IMG/VR virus record: IMGVR_UViG_2721755663_000004
Length of the DNA: 32,882 bases
Direction: 5' to 3' (one strand)
Source of the DNA: a virus
Taxonomy: Duplodnaviria; Heunggongvirae; Uroviricota; Caudoviricetes
Positions 1 to 10,078 of the stretch are shown here, piece after piece (within the stretch, counting starts at the first letter, position 1; every line of letters begins with the position of its first letter). A program made the translations under genes and the position numbers. A model generated the notes under the pieces. It made no database searches. It was not told the origin of the DNA and was given only the letters and a program-made list of their open reading frames with translations.

Positions 1-585
1 CTATTCGATAATGGGTACTGTTGGCCATTCAATATCCGGTGCAGTTGTTGTATTAACACGGTTCAGCAACACCCGATACTTTTTCCAGGCTTCCAGCAAC
101 AAGGTTTCTTCCTCCGTTGCGATTTCCAGATCTACAGCATCCTGAAGTGGCGCAATATGCTCACTGGCTACCTGCATCAGGCTGTTTTTTGTTTCTTCTG
201 CCTCCCGGATCCGGAACAGTTTTTCTGCTTCCGTATCCTTCACCCAGGCTGTGCCGTTCCACTTCTGATATTCCCCTCCCGGCGGCAACCAGGTAACATT
301 TTCCGGTAACGGACCGAGTTCAGAAATAAATAACGCGTCGCCGGAAGCCACGTCATAAACCGTTTTACCCCGATGGTCTTCAACGAGATGCCACGATGCC
401 TCATCACTGTTGAAAACAGCCACGAAGCCTGCCGGAATATCTGGTGGTGCAATATCGGTACTGTTTGCTGGCAGACCTGTATGAGGCGGAATATATGCGT
501 CACCTTCACCAATAAATTCATTAGTTCCGGCCAGCAGATTATAAATTTTTATGGTCCGTGCTTGTTCACTCATTCTGAATGCCAT
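1..585 (-). CDS. tfa: Tail fiber assembly protein (lambda Tfa-like), 194 aa
   Basis: ORF translation [44 protein letters not shown]... is near-identical to my recollection of lambda Tfa (194 aa); stop TAG at 1-3; start overlaps the stf stop. Confidence 0.9.
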   Translation of the reverse strand: MAFRMSEQARTIKIYNLLAGTNEFIGEGDAYIPPHTGLPANSTDIAPPDIPAGFVAVFNSDEASWHLVEDHRGKTVYDVASGDALFISELGPLPENVTWLPPGGEYQKWNGTAWVKDTEAEKLFRIREAEETKNSLMQVASEHIAPLQDAVDLEIATEEETLLLEAWKKYRVLLNRVNTTTAPDIEWPTVPIIE

Positions 586-3548
586 TATGCAAGCCTCACA
601 ATATAGTTAAATGCGATGTTTTTGACGGTGTTTTCCGCGTTACCCGCAGCGTTAACGGTGATGGTGTGTCCATGTGAACCAATCGCAACGGAGTGCGTAT
701 GAGCACCAATACCGACAGTATGTGCATGTGCGCCTGCGCTTGCAGCAGTGCCGGACAGCGAGTGGGTATGAGCACCATCTGATGATGTCTTCCCTGCATT
801 ACGAGTCTGGCCACTACCGCTTGTTGTGCTCATAATCCCCGCGCTTGGATTTGAAATCGCGGTATAACCATTAGGGAAAATGCTCGTGTTCGTGCCACCA
901 AATGCACCGGAACTCTTGTGTTGGTGCGCGCCGGCACTATTTGCGGTCCCGCTAATACTATGGGTATGCGCCCCGGTGTTATTCGTGGATTTAGTGCCGT
1001 AATCAAACGACGATGTGGTTTTCGTCCCCAAATCAGTACTGGATGCGCTGGCGCTGTGGGTATGCGATTTTATGCCGTCCTGTTCCTGAGACAATACGGC
1101 ACGACCACTGGCGGGTTTGCCCTTAATCGTCCAGCCACGCATATCAGGGATCACGCCTGACGGATAAGCGGCTGCAAGTTTCGGGTATGCAGATTTGTCA
1201 AAAGTCTGCCCCTGCATCAGGGCATAGCCAGACGGAACGGTATCTGATGGCCACGGGATTGGTGCGCCAGGCGGATAAAACTGCTCTGATGGCGTATAGA
1301 GTGAATAAACTGTACCGTCCGTTAACCCTTCCGGCTTATTAGCAGAATATGCTGGTGACGTATGAATCGTCACGCTGGCATTACTGGTATAATCCCATTG
1401 AATATTTACACCAGTCGCATAATTTCCGATTGCAACGTAAATATCGTAAGTATCACCAGATGTATTGACCCAGGCAAAATTTGTAAACCCTGTCGATGTG
1501 CGCTGCCATAAAGCACCAGTAATCCCCTTCGGATTACCATTACCTGCACGCAAAACAAGTTCAGATATACCTGCCTGTTGAGGTGACCCCACGTTAAATC
1601 CCGCGCCACCAATCAACGTAATTGAAACAACAGAACTCGCCTGTGGCATGGTTACCGTTGCTAATTTGAACCAACCAGCACCACCGCTGAATGACATTGT
1701 TGTTGAGTTAAGCGTACCAATATCTTTCGGCGTCAGTGTTATATCCGCTGAAAGCGCCTTACCATTCACCTTACGGGCAGAAGGTACCCGACCATTCGCA
1801 TTATCATTAGCTGCTTTCACTGCTTTCGGTGTCGCGGCAAGCGTTTCAGATGCGCTGTTGGTTGCACTACTGAGCTGGACAATTCCTTTTTGTGCTGTCG
1901 TAGCGTCCTGAGCGGTATATTTCCCGTTAGCAAGGTCATAGGCTGCCTTTACCGACTTTGGCGTTGCCGCCAGCATTTCAGATGTGCTGTTGGTCGCGCT
2001 GCTGAGCTGAACTATCCCTTTCTGTGCTGTCGTTGCATCCTGTGCGGTGTATTTCCCGTTAGCCAGGTCATACGCGGCCTTAACTGCTTTTGGCGTTGCC
2101 GCCAGTGACTCGGAAGTGCTGTTAGTCGCACTGCTGAGCTGTACTATCCCCTTTTTCGTCGTGCTCGCATCCTCAAGCGCCACGGCGGATGCAATATCCT
2201 CTGCCCGTTTAGCTGCTGTCTCGGCGCGCGTTGCCGCGGATTCCGCCGTACTTTTGCTCTGAGCTGCCGCCGTCGCACTGCCAGCTGCCTCTGTCGCCTT
2301 CGTGGATGCCGTCGTGGCGCTGCTCTTCGCTGCTGACGCCTGTCTGGTCGCCTCATCTTTTGAAGCAGACGCCGATGATGCCGATGACGCCGCCGAACTG
2401 GCTGACGATGCGGCAGCCGTTTTTGAGGATTCTGCGCTGGTTTCCGACGCTTTCGCGTTCGTTTCGGATGTCTTCGCTGCGGAAGCAGAACTCGCTGCTG
2501 CGCTGGCCTGTTCAGTGGCTTCGCCAGCCTTCGTTGTGGCTGTTGAAGCGGATGATGCGGCGCTTTCTGCCGATTTTCCGGCGGCGGTGGCACTGGCTGA
2601 GGCCTGCCCGGCACTTGTTGACGCGGCGCTGGCAGATGATGCAGCCGCTGTTTTTGAGCCTGCCGCAGCTGAGGCGCTCTGTCCCGCTGCCGTCTCAGAA
2701 GACCTGGCGTTCGTCTCGGACGTTTTTGCCGCCTTCGCGGAATTTCCTGCCGCCGTTGCCGAGGAAGCTGCGCTACTGGCGCTCGAGGATGCGTTCGTTT
2801 CTGATGATTTCGCTGCCTCTTTTGAGGCCGCCGCATCCCGGGCTGAGGTGGCAGCTTCTGACGCTTTCGTAGTCGCGGTGGATGCAGAAGTGGCTGCTGA
2901 TTGTTGTGACGCTGCCGCATTCGTTTCTGACGTTTTCGCCGCACCGGCACTGGTGGCCGCCGCGCTTTTTGAGGACTCTGCAGCGGCAGCACTTTTTTCC
3001 GCTTCAGTGGCCTTTGTTGATGCCGTTCCTGCGCTGGAAGACGCTGACTGAGCCGACGAAGCGGCCTGTCCGGCTGACGTGCTGGCTGCGCGTGCTGAGC
3101 CTGCAGCATCAGTCGAATGGGTTGCCGCCTCACGGGCTGATGTGCCGGCATCGCCGGCTGACTTCTTCGCGGCTGCCGTGTTCTGTGCCACCGCGGACGC
3201 GTTACGCGCCACCTCTTCCACCATCAGTTCAAAACGGCGCAGTGCCTCAGGACGGGCATCATCCTCCGTCATGGCACCGAGAAAATCATTCAGCGTACCG
3301 GGTCGGGAATCTTCATACACGGTGATGGTCCCGGCATGTGACGGCGGGAAGCCTTCCACCAACAGAATAACGCTGTACTGACCGTACTCAACGTCCATGC
3401 TGTAACGCCCGGCTTCATCCGGATTTTCTGAGGCCAGCGTGTTCACCACCACCGTGGTACTGTTACGTTTTGCTTTCAGCTGGATTGTGCAGTTCTGTAC
3501 CGGTTTTCCTGTGCCGTCTTTCAGTACACCTGAAATCTTTACTGCCAT
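585..3548 (-). CDS. stf: Side tail fiber protein (lambda Stf-like, expanded to about 987 aa)
   Basis: N-terminus [30 protein letters not shown] and C-terminus ...[31 protein letters not shown] match lambda Stf; long Ala/Ser/Thr-rich central shaft. ATG at 3546-3548 preceded by GGGGTGA is the likely start; the ORF track begins at an upstream in-frame GTG (3554). Confidence 0.9.
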   Translation of the reverse strand: MAVKISGVLKDGTGKPVQNCTIQLKAKRNSTTVVVNTLASENPDEAGRYSMDVEYGQYSVILLVEGFPPSHAGTITVYEDSRPGTLNDFLGAMTEDDARPEALRRFELMVEEVARNASAVAQNTAAAKKSAGDAGTSAREAATHSTDAAGSARAASTSAGQAASSAQSASSSAGTASTKATEAEKSAAAAESSKSAAATSAGAAKTSETNAAASQQSAATSASTATTKASEAATSARDAAASKEAAKSSETNASSSASSAASSATAAGNSAKAAKTSETNARSSETAAGQSASAAAGSKTAAASSASAASTSAGQASASATAAGKSAESAASSASTATTKAGEATEQASAAASSASAAKTSETNAKASETSAESSKTAAASSASSAASSASSASASKDEATRQASAAKSSATTASTKATEAAGSATAAAQSKSTAESAATRAETAAKRAEDIASAVALEDASTTKKGIVQLSSATNSTSESLAATPKAVKAAYDLANGKYTAQDATTAQKGIVQLSSATNSTSEMLAATPKSVKAAYDLANGKYTAQDATTAQKGIVQLSSATNSASETLAATPKAVKAANDNANGRVPSARKVNGKALSADITLTPKDIGTLNSTTMSFSGGAGWFKLATVTMPQASSVVSITLIGGAGFNVGSPQQAGISELVLRAGNGNPKGITGALWQRTSTGFTNFAWVNTSGDTYDIYVAIGNYATGVNIQWDYTSNASVTIHTSPAYSANKPEGLTDGTVYSLYTPSEQFYPPGAPIPWPSDTVPSGYALMQGQTFDKSAYPKLAAAYPSGVIPDMRGWTIKGKPASGRAVLSQEQDGIKSHTHSASASSTDLGTKTTSSFDYGTKSTNNTGAHTHSISGTANSAGAHQHKSSGAFGGTNTSIFPNGYTAISNPSAGIMSTTSGSGQTRNAGKTSSDGAHTHSLSGTAASAGAHAHTVGIGAHTHSVAIGSHGHTITVNAAGNAENTVKNIAFNYIVRLA
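1790..2185 (-). repeat. Three tandem ~132-bp (44-codon) direct repeats inside stf, encoding [44 protein letters not shown]
   Basis: DNA motif tatttcccgttagc recurs at about 1918 and 2050 (132-bp period); gagctgNactatccc recurs at about 1872, 2004 and 2136; protein shows two full and one partial repeat. Boundaries approximate. Confidence 0.8.
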
Positions 3549-3557
3549 ATTCACCCC

Positions 3558-3586
3558 ACAAAAAAGCCCGCCTGAACCGGCGGGCT
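3558..3586 (-). terminator. Rho-independent terminator downstream of lom (minus strand)
   Basis: 8-bp GC-rich stem AGCCCGCC / GGCGGGCT (3565-3572 / 3579-3586) with 6-nt loop; on the minus strand it is followed by a T-run (plus-strand A-run 3560-3564). Confidence 0.55.
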
Positions 3587-3612
3587 GTCATAACACTGTG
3601 TTACCTGGCTAA

Positions 3613-4212
3613 TCAGAATTTATAACCGACACCCACGATGAAACCGTCAGTGCGCCAGTCGCCACTGCCGGAGCCTTCATAAGCAATATCAATGGCCACG
3701 GATTCGGTCGGGTTAAACTGCACGCCAGCTCCCCACGCCAGAGACGTGTTGCTGTGGCGACCGTCATCACTTCCGGTCAGCACGTCGTGCGTTTTCCCCT
3801 TGTTGTCAGTTACGCGGAGATAATCCCCGGAGAAAGTCGACACACGGCTGTAAGACACACCCGCCATCGCATACGCGCTGAACCATTCATTCACGCGCAC
3901 AGACGGCCCCGCCATCACGCTGAACCAGCGGTTACGCACGGAATCTTCATGCCAGCGGATATCGCTGTAACGGGTCAGCTGGCGATTCTTGTCTCCTGCA
4001 TAGCTGAATGACGTCACCAGCCCCAGTGTGTCCGTAAACTCATAACGGTATTTCACGTTAATCCCGTTCAGATCATCGCTGCCGGGAACGTTCGTCGAGG
4101 CATGAAGATACCCCGCGCTCAGCGTGGACTGATGTTCAGATGCCCATGCAGACGCACCGGATACGGCCAGACAAATAGCTGCGGACAAAATGGCTGCATA
4201 AAGTTTACGCAT
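3613..4212 (-). CDS. lom: Outer membrane protein Lom (Ail/Lom/PagC family), 199 aa with signal peptide
   Basis: Translation MRKLYAAILSAAICLAVSGASAWASEHQSTLSAGYLHASTNVPGSDDLNGINVKYRYEF...GVGYKF matches lambda Lom; beta-barrel-like alternating pattern, C-terminal aromatic residue; GAGAGG RBS upstream. Confidence 0.9.
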   Translation of the reverse strand: MRKLYAAILSAAICLAVSGASAWASEHQSTLSAGYLHASTNVPGSDDLNGINVKYRYEFTDTLGLVTSFSYAGDKNRQLTRYSDIRWHEDSVRNRWFSVMAGPSVRVNEWFSAYAMAGVSYSRVSTFSGDYLRVTDNKGKTHDVLTGSDDGRHSNTSLAWGAGVQFNPTESVAIDIAYEGSGSGDWRTDGFIVGVGYKF

Positions 4213-4233
4213 AATTACCTCTCGCTTTTCTGC

Positions 4234-4260
4234 AATAAAAAAGGCGTCATTCCTGACGCC
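4234..4260 (-). terminator. Hairpin terminator between J and lom (possibly bidirectional)
   Basis: Stem GGCGTCA / TGACGCC (4243-4249 / 4254-4260), loop TTCC; minus strand has TTTTTTATT after the stem, plus strand CTTTATT. Confidence 0.45.
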
Positions 4261-4282
4261 CTTTATTGGGGTTATAAATATT

Positions 4283-7200
4283 TCAACGAATACTGATACC
4301 GGAAGCCGCTTTTTTGGTCACAATCACCGTACAGTCGGTGATATTCCCTGCCCCCTGATTGCCTTTCTGGAAAATCTTAAACTCCAGAGTGACGCTACCA
4401 CCACCACTAGGCATATCAATAACTGCACTGTAACTACCGGGAATGGCCCCTTTAGTTTCTCTGGATGCGATTAATACACCGTTTTTGCGAACTTCAAAAC
4501 CATAACCCGTGTATCTTGTACCTCCCGGGTTATTACCACTTCCCGGATCGCTATACGCTATTCCGTTAAAGATAATGGGCGGAATAATGATTTGACGGTC
4601 AAAGTTATGATCATCGCTGATGGTGACTGTAACCGTCCCGTTTGGTGTTTCCGTATTACCCCACGTACCAGCCTGTTTCGGGAATGATTTGGATACAGCT
4701 TTAACGAAGTCACCTCTGACCTGAGTCGCCTCCAGCATGCCCTTAATCGTACAGTTTTCATTTACCGTGACATTGTTGAGCGTCCCGGCGTTCGCATTCA
4801 CTCTGCCACTGATATCCGCATTTTTAGCGGTCAGCTTTCCGTCTGATGTCAGGGAAAATACCGGAGGACTGCCACCGCTGGTAATGGTGGGGGCTGTCAG
4901 GCGCTTCAGGAACACGTCGTTCATGAATATCTGGTTGCCCTGCGCCACAAACATCGGCGTTTCATTCCCGTTTGCCGGGTCAATAAACGCGATACGGTTA
5001 GCGGCAACCAGAAACTGGCTCAGCTTGCCTTCCTCCGTGTCCTCCATGCTGAGGCCAATACCCGCGACATAATGTTTGCCGTCTTTGGTCTGCTCAATTT
5101 TGACGCCCCACATGGCATTCCATTTATCGTTAGCGTCCTTCCACTCTTTCGAAAACTCATCCAGTCTGCTGGCGTTATCCTCCGTCAAATCAACTTTTTC
5201 CAGCAGCTCTTTACCGAGATGGGATTCGGTTATCTTGCCTTTGAAAAAATCCAGGTAACCTTCCGCATCATCGCTCGCCCGACCGACGCCCTCCACGAAT
5301 GCCGATTTGCCAACGGTGTTCACACTGCGGATATAAAAGTAATAATCATGGCCCGGTTTGATATTGATACTGGCGGCTATCCAGTACAGCGCCGTACCAA
5401 GATAGCGGGCTGTGGTTTCAACCTGCCTGATATCGGTAATCCGCTTTTCCGAGAACCAGAACTCAAACTGTACCGTCGGGTCATAAACGGCAAGATGCGG
5501 CGTGGCGGTTATCTGAAAATAGCCCGGCGTCAGCTCAATCCTCGACGGTGCTGCCGGTGCGGCAATCCGGAACGATACCGACGCCGGATCGCCCTGCTGC
5601 CCCCACGCATTTACCGCCCGGACTGTCAGCCTGTAGTTCCCCAGCGCCAGTTGCGTGAAGCGGTATGTGGTTTCCGTCGTCCGGGCCGTGCTGACCAGCC
5701 GCTCACTGCCGTCATCCGCTGTTACGGTCAGACGGAGCAGGAAGCTCACGCCCTTCACCACCTTCGGCGTGTCCCAGCGCGCCAGCACCTGATATTCCCC
5801 GCTGTCTGCGGTGACTTCGGCGGTCAGGTGCTGCACCGCTGGCGGCGTGACACCATTCACCGTGCCGCTCTGGTCGCCGTCAAAGTGCGCCCCGTTATCC
5901 ACGATGGCTTCTTTTTCCGGTACATGCTGCACGGCAGTGATGGCATACGTGCCGTCATCGTTATCACGGATACTCACACAGCGGAACAGGCGCTGACGCA
6001 ACGTCGGCAACTTCAGCCCCCACACACTGTATTCTGCAACGCCGTCAGGAACCCGGTTCACTTTCACCTTAAGTCCGTCGGTGACGGACTGAACCTCCAC
6101 GCTGACCGGATTACCACTTCCGTCAACCAGGCTTATCAGCGTGGTACCGGAGGATGGCAGCGTGATTTCACGGTCGAGCGTCAGCGTCCGGGTCTGGCTG
6201 TTCACCGCCAGCACGCGACCACCGGTGCTGATACCGGCATAGTCATCATCGCAGATTTCAATGACATCGCCCGGTACATGGCGAAGCCCTTCAGCACCCA
6301 CGCTGAAATCCACGGTCTGCGTCTCCAGCAGTTCCGTTTTAATCAGCCACAGCCCGGCGCGGTGTGCCTGCCCCCGGCTGGTACAGCCAAAGGCATCCAT
6401 CTTCGTGACATTACGACCGTAACGGGCAATGGCCTGCGTATCTTCAACAAGCTCTGTCGCCGTCTCCCAGCCGTTGTTCGGGTCAATCCAGTTCACCTCA
6501 ACGGCATTATGGCGGTCCTTCAGGGCGCTGAAGCTGTAGCGGAACGGCGCGCCATCATCCGGCATCACCACATTACTGCGGTTATAGGTCCACACCTTAT
6601 CTGATGGTCGGTCCTGCACGAACGTCAGCGTCTGCCCGTTCCATACCGGCATACAGCGCATCGCCGAGCAGAAATCACTGAGCACATCCCACGCCTTGCG
6701 CTGTGTGGTCAGGTATGCATTACAGGTGATGCGCGGCTCCGTGCCGCCAAAGCCGTCCGGTACTGACTGGTCGCAGTACTGGCCGATGACATACAGCGCC
6801 CATTTGTCCACATCCGCCGCACCAAGACGTTTCCCCATGCCGTAGCGTGGATGGGTCAGCATATCCCACAGACACCAGGCCATGTTGTTGCTGTATGCCG
6901 GTTTAAACGTTCCGTCCCAGATACCGCTGTATTGCCGCGTCTGCGGGTTATAATTCGACGGCACCTGCAGAATACGCCCGCGCAGATGATAATTACGGCT
7001 CACCTGCTGGCTGCCGAACTGCTCCGAGTCCACCTGCACGCCGACCAGTGCCGTGTTCGGGTAGCACTGTTTCACATCGATAATTTCGGTGTATGACGAC
7101 CAGAGCGTTTTGTTCTGCAGCTGGTCTGTGGTGCTGTCCGGCGTCATCCTGCGCATCCGTATATTGAACGGGCGCGGCGGCAGGTTACCCACCACCACCG

Positions 7201-7696
7201 AGGCCAGATACTGCGAGGTGGTTTTGCCCTTAATGGTGATGTCTTTTTCCGTCACCCAGCCACCATTACGCTGGATCTGAACCAGCAGGCGGACTTCCGA
7301 CGGATTCCGGTCCCCCTTTGAGGTGGTTTCCACCAGTGCCTGCACGCCGAAGGTAAAGCGCAGACGGTCGATGTTTGCAGACGTAATGGTGCGGGTGATC
7401 GGCGTGTCATATTTCACTTCCGTACCCAGCACCGTCTCGGAGCCGGAGGATTCAAACCCCTCCGGCGGTGTCTGCTCCTGCTCACCGGCACGGAACACCA
7501 CCGTGACACCGGAGATGTTGGTATTCCCCTCAGTGTCCAGCACCGGCGTACTGTTCAGCAGCACGCTTTTTAATCCATCCACCGGACCTTCAACCGGCCC
7601 TTCGCTGATGGCATCGATCACACTCAGCAGCTGCGTGGATTTCAGGTTATCCTTCGCTTCGCGCGGGGTATGCCCCTTACTGCTGCCTTTACCCAT
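4283..7696 (-). CDS. J: Tail tip / host specificity protein J (central tail fiber), 1137 aa
   Basis: N-terminus [34 protein letters not shown] and most of the length match lambda J; the C-terminal ~150-250 aa do not match the lambda J C-terminus as I recall it. Confidence 0.95.
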   Translation of the reverse strand: MGKGSSKGHTPREAKDNLKSTQLLSVIDAISEGPVEGPVDGLKSVLLNSTPVLDTEGNTNISGVTVVFRAGEQEQTPPEGFESSGSETVLGTEVKYDTPITRTITSANIDRLRFTFGVQALVETTSKGDRNPSEVRLLVQIQRNGGWVTEKDITIKGKTTSQYLASVVVGNLPPRPFNIRMRRMTPDSTTDQLQNKTLWSSYTEIIDVKQCYPNTALVGVQVDSEQFGSQQVSRNYHLRGRILQVPSNYNPQTRQYSGIWDGTFKPAYSNNMAWCLWDMLTHPRYGMGKRLGAADVDKWALYVIGQYCDQSVPDGFGGTEPRITCNAYLTTQRKAWDVLSDFCSAMRCMPVWNGQTLTFVQDRPSDKVWTYNRSNVVMPDDGAPFRYSFSALKDRHNAVEVNWIDPNNGWETATELVEDTQAIARYGRNVTKMDAFGCTSRGQAHRAGLWLIKTELLETQTVDFSVGAEGLRHVPGDVIEICDDDYAGISTGGRVLAVNSQTRTLTLDREITLPSSGTTLISLVDGSGNPVSVEVQSVTDGLKVKVNRVPDGVAEYSVWGLKLPTLRQRLFRCVSIRDNDDGTYAITAVQHVPEKEAIVDNGAHFDGDQSGTVNGVTPPAVQHLTAEVTADSGEYQVLARWDTPKVVKGVSFLLRLTVTADDGSERLVSTARTTETTYRFTQLALGNYRLTVRAVNAWGQQGDPASVSFRIAAPAAPSRIELTPGYFQITATPHLAVYDPTVQFEFWFSEKRITDIRQVETTARYLGTALYWIAASINIKPGHDYYFYIRSVNTVGKSAFVEGVGRASDDAEGYLDFFKGKITESHLGKELLEKVDLTEDNASRLDEFSKEWKDANDKWNAMWGVKIEQTKDGKHYVAGIGLSMEDTEEGKLSQFLVAANRIAFIDPANGNETPMFVAQGNQIFMNDVFLKRLTAPTITSGGSPPVFSLTSDGKLTAKNADISGRVNANAGTLNNVTVNENCTIKGMLEATQVRGDFVKAVSKSFPKQAGTWGNTETPNGTVTVTISDDHNFDRQIIIPPIIFNGIAYSDPGSGNNPGGTRYTGYGFEVRKNGVLIASRETKGAIPGSYSAVIDMPSGGGSVTLEFKIFQKGNQGAGNITDCTVIVTKKAASGISIR

Positions 7697-7756
7697 TCGT
7701 CATGCTCCATAAACGACAAAACCGCCCGGAGGCGGTTTCACATAAAACATTTTGCA

Positions 7757-8404
7757 TCAGCGACCAATCACCACAACCTGACCACCGTCCCCTTCGTCTG
7801 CCGTGCTGATCTCCTGAGAAACCACCCGCGACCCCACGCGCATTTCACCGTACAGAACGGGCAGAACATTGCCCTGGGCAACCATGTTATCCAGTGACGA
7901 GAAATACGTGTTCTGTTTGCCGTTATCTGTACTGGCTGCCGTGGGCGTCCTGGCTTTCGGTGCCAACATCTGCGCCACACCGCCCAGGATCATACTGGCC
8001 CCTGCCGCATACATGCCCGATACAGCCGTGGCCCCCAGCCAGCCCACAGGGTTCCACCATGCAACCGCAATCAGCGCCGCCCCCAGCACTGCCTGAAAAA
8101 TACCGCCACTTTTAGCACCCGCCGGACGCGGTACGATGTGGATCACGGCACCATTTTCCAGCGGCTCATTAAGACGGGCAGACAATTCAGTTTCACCTGC
8201 ATCACGCCCGGCAATGCGTACCTGGTACCAGCCGTCGCTCAGTTTCTGACGAAATGCCGGGATCTGCATGGCCAGCGCCCGGATAGCTTCAGCCCCCGTT
8301 TTCACACGAAGATCGATGCGGCGGCCAAATCGTTGCAAATCCCCGTAAAGGCAGATGCGTGCCATGCCCGATGACGCCAGAGGGAGTGTGTGCGTCGCTG
8401 CCAT
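7757..8404 (-). CDS. I: Tail assembly protein I, 215 aa
   Basis: MAATHTLPLASSGMARICLYGDLQRFGRRIDLRVKTGAEAIRALA... matches lambda gpI; overlaps the K 3' end by 103 bp as in lambda. Confidence 0.9.
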   Translation of the reverse strand: MAATHTLPLASSGMARICLYGDLQRFGRRIDLRVKTGAEAIRALAMQIPAFRQKLSDGWYQVRIAGRDAGETELSARLNEPLENGAVIHIVPRPAGAKSGGIFQAVLGAALIAVAWWNPVGWLGATAVSGMYAAGASMILGGVAQMLAPKARTPTAASTDNGKQNTYFSSLDNMVAQGNVLPVLYGEMRVGSRVVSQEISTADEGDGGQVVVIGR

Positions 8405-9045
8405 TTGTCGGTATACCTCTCTCGTTTGCTCAGTTGTTCAGGAATATGGTGCAGCAGCTCGCCATCACCACAGTAAATGGCGGCATGATTCGGCACCGAT
8501 GAACCAAAACAGCACAGCAGCACATCGCCCGGCTGCGCCGCTGACAACGGCACCTGATACAGCCCTGTGGCCTCCAGATTATCCAGATAGAGATTCTGAC
8601 CGTTACGCCACCAGTCATCCCCGCGATGAAAATCCGGCATCTCAATTCCCGCCAGATGGTAAGCGTCCCGGAACAGCGTGTAACAGTCCGTTACCCCGTG
8701 CTCAAAGCGCCGCCCGGTGAGATGCGGCACACAGCGGAATTTATGAATCGCCCCCCGGCAGATCAGCCACCACGGCAAATCACTCTGTACCTGCAGCCGC
8801 CGGTCGGCCTCACTCAGCCAGGGCAGACCACCGGGGTGGCTGTGGACCAGCGCCACAATCTCTCCCTGCATTTCTGCACTCAGCCAGTCCTCCGGCGACA
8901 TCCGGAAATACTCCTCCGGCTCACCGGAGATATTCACGCAGGGAAAATATCTTTCCTCCTCCGGCGTTCTCACCACGAAGCCGCACGACTCCGCTGGCGC
9001 ACATCGCCGGGCGTGCGCCAGAATCGCTGATTCTGTCTCTGTCAT
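8302..9045 (-). CDS. K: Tail assembly protein K (JAB/MPN metalloprotease-like plus NlpC/P60-like domains)
   Basis: MTETESAILAHARRCAPAESCGFVV... matches lambda gpK; HSHPGGLPWLSEAD is a JAMM-like motif. An alternative internal start (MSPEDWL, about 8901) would give the shorter 199-aa annotation. Confidence 0.85.
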   Translation of the reverse strand: MTETESAILAHARRCAPAESCGFVVRTPEEERYFPCVNISGEPEEYFRMSPEDWLSAEMQGEIVALVHSHPGGLPWLSEADRRLQVQSDLPWWLICRGAIHKFRCVPHLTGRRFEHGVTDCYTLFRDAYHLAGIEMPDFHRGDDWWRNGQNLYLDNLEATGLYQVPLSAAQPGDVLLCCFGSSVPNHAAIYCGDGELLHHIPEQLSKRERYTDKWQRRTHSLWRHRAWHASAFTGICNDLAAASIFV

Positions 9046-9050
9046 GGGAT

Positions 9051-9749
9051 TTACTGCGAAAGTTTGTTAATGGAAAGGAAGCTGCCAAAGTTGCCGACAT
9101 TATTGCGAAACTTACAGCCACTCAGGCATTTGCTGCATTTATCCTTCGTGATATCGGACGTCGGCTGGTCATATTCATCCGCGACCGCCGGACCGCTATA
9201 ACCGCACTCATCGCCGCGATAGGTCCAGGTGCAGGTGTTGGCCAGCATGATACGTCCCGGAAAAACAGCGCCATCCGTTTCAGTCGGCGTGGACAGTACA
9301 AAAGAGGCACTGACCGCGCTCAGTTCGCTGCACTGCTCGATGCGCCAGCGGCTGATCACCTCCTGCTCCGGATCGGCTTCGCTGTTTCCGTTGACGAAGT
9401 TCACCGCATCCAGAAAGCGGGCGTAAACCTTACGCCGGACCACCGTTCCGCCGACCAGACTCTGCATATCTTCCGCCATCCCGGTGACCATACCGTACAG
9501 GTTAGAAACCGTCAGCGTGGGGCGCGTACTGGTGCCTTTGCCATTCAGTTCAAAACCGCTCCCCTGAATGGGATACGGCTGATACTGTCGCCCCTGCCAG
9601 GTGACCGGCTCACCTTTTTCGTTCTGCTCATTACAGAAAAAATAACGTTCTCCACCGACCTCTGTCAGGTCGATTTCCCAGAGCACCACGCTGGCCGACT
9701 GCTCCGCACGGGTGCATTCATTCAGTGTTTCCTGCCGGATATCCTGCAT
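9051..9749 (-). CDS. L: Tail tip protein L, 232 aa
   Basis: MQDIRQETLNECTRAEQSASVVLWEIDLTEVGGERYFFCNEQNEKGE... matches lambda gpL; C-terminal Cys cluster CSKCLSGCKF. Confidence 0.9.
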   Translation of the reverse strand: MQDIRQETLNECTRAEQSASVVLWEIDLTEVGGERYFFCNEQNEKGEPVTWQGRQYQPYPIQGSGFELNGKGTSTRPTLTVSNLYGMVTGMAEDMQSLVGGTVVRRKVYARFLDAVNFVNGNSEADPEQEVISRWRIEQCSELSAVSASFVLSTPTETDGAVFPGRIMLANTCTWTYRGDECGYSGPAVADEYDQPTSDITKDKCSKCLSGCKFRNNVGNFGSFLSINKLSQ

Positions 9750-10078
9750 CAGTTCACCACCTGTTCAAACTCTGCGCTGAACTCAACACGCAACATACTG
9801 ACCCGCGACGACCATTTTGCGCAGGTCACCTTTATCTGCCGCCACTCATAAGGCGGCGTCCACAGAAAGGATTTCCAGCCCCCGTGCTCTTCCAGAAACG
9901 ACTCCAGTACCGTGGCCTCCTCACGGGGGACAGAAAGCGTCACGCTGTACGTTTTCAGGTTGGCATTCAGCCCGGCAGGCGCTCGCTGAGAATAGCCATC
10001 ACCAAAGCGCACCTTTCTTACAGAAGGGACCGAAGCCACATCCATACCGGGTTTCACTTTCCAGCGGAAGGTCTTCAT
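9749..10078 (-). CDS. M: Tail tip protein M, 109 aa
   Basis: MKTFRWKVKPGMDVASVPSVRKVRFGDGYSQRAPAGLNANLKTYSVTLSV... matches lambda gpM; start overlaps the H stop. Confidence 0.9.
   Translation of the reverse strand: MKTFRWKVKPGMDVASVPSVRKVRFGDGYSQRAPAGLNANLKTYSVTLSVPREEATVLESFLEEHGGWKSFLWTPPYEWRQIKVTCAKWSSRVSMLRVEFSAEFEQVVN

Noticed and set aside
2144-3151. 335-aa Arg/Pro/Gln-rich ORF on the minus strand, plus long plus-strand ORFs at 2302-3051 (Ala/Asp-rich), 2231-2872 and 2882-3325
   Set aside because: All lie in alternative frames of the GC-rich, low-complexity stf shaft repeats; compositionally extreme with no recognisable domains. Stf in the correct frame matches lambda.
5072-6604. 510-aa plus-strand ORF antisense to J
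   Set aside because: Entirely inside the well-supported J gene on the opposite strand; Arg-rich and composition typical of an antisense frame of a GC-rich gene.
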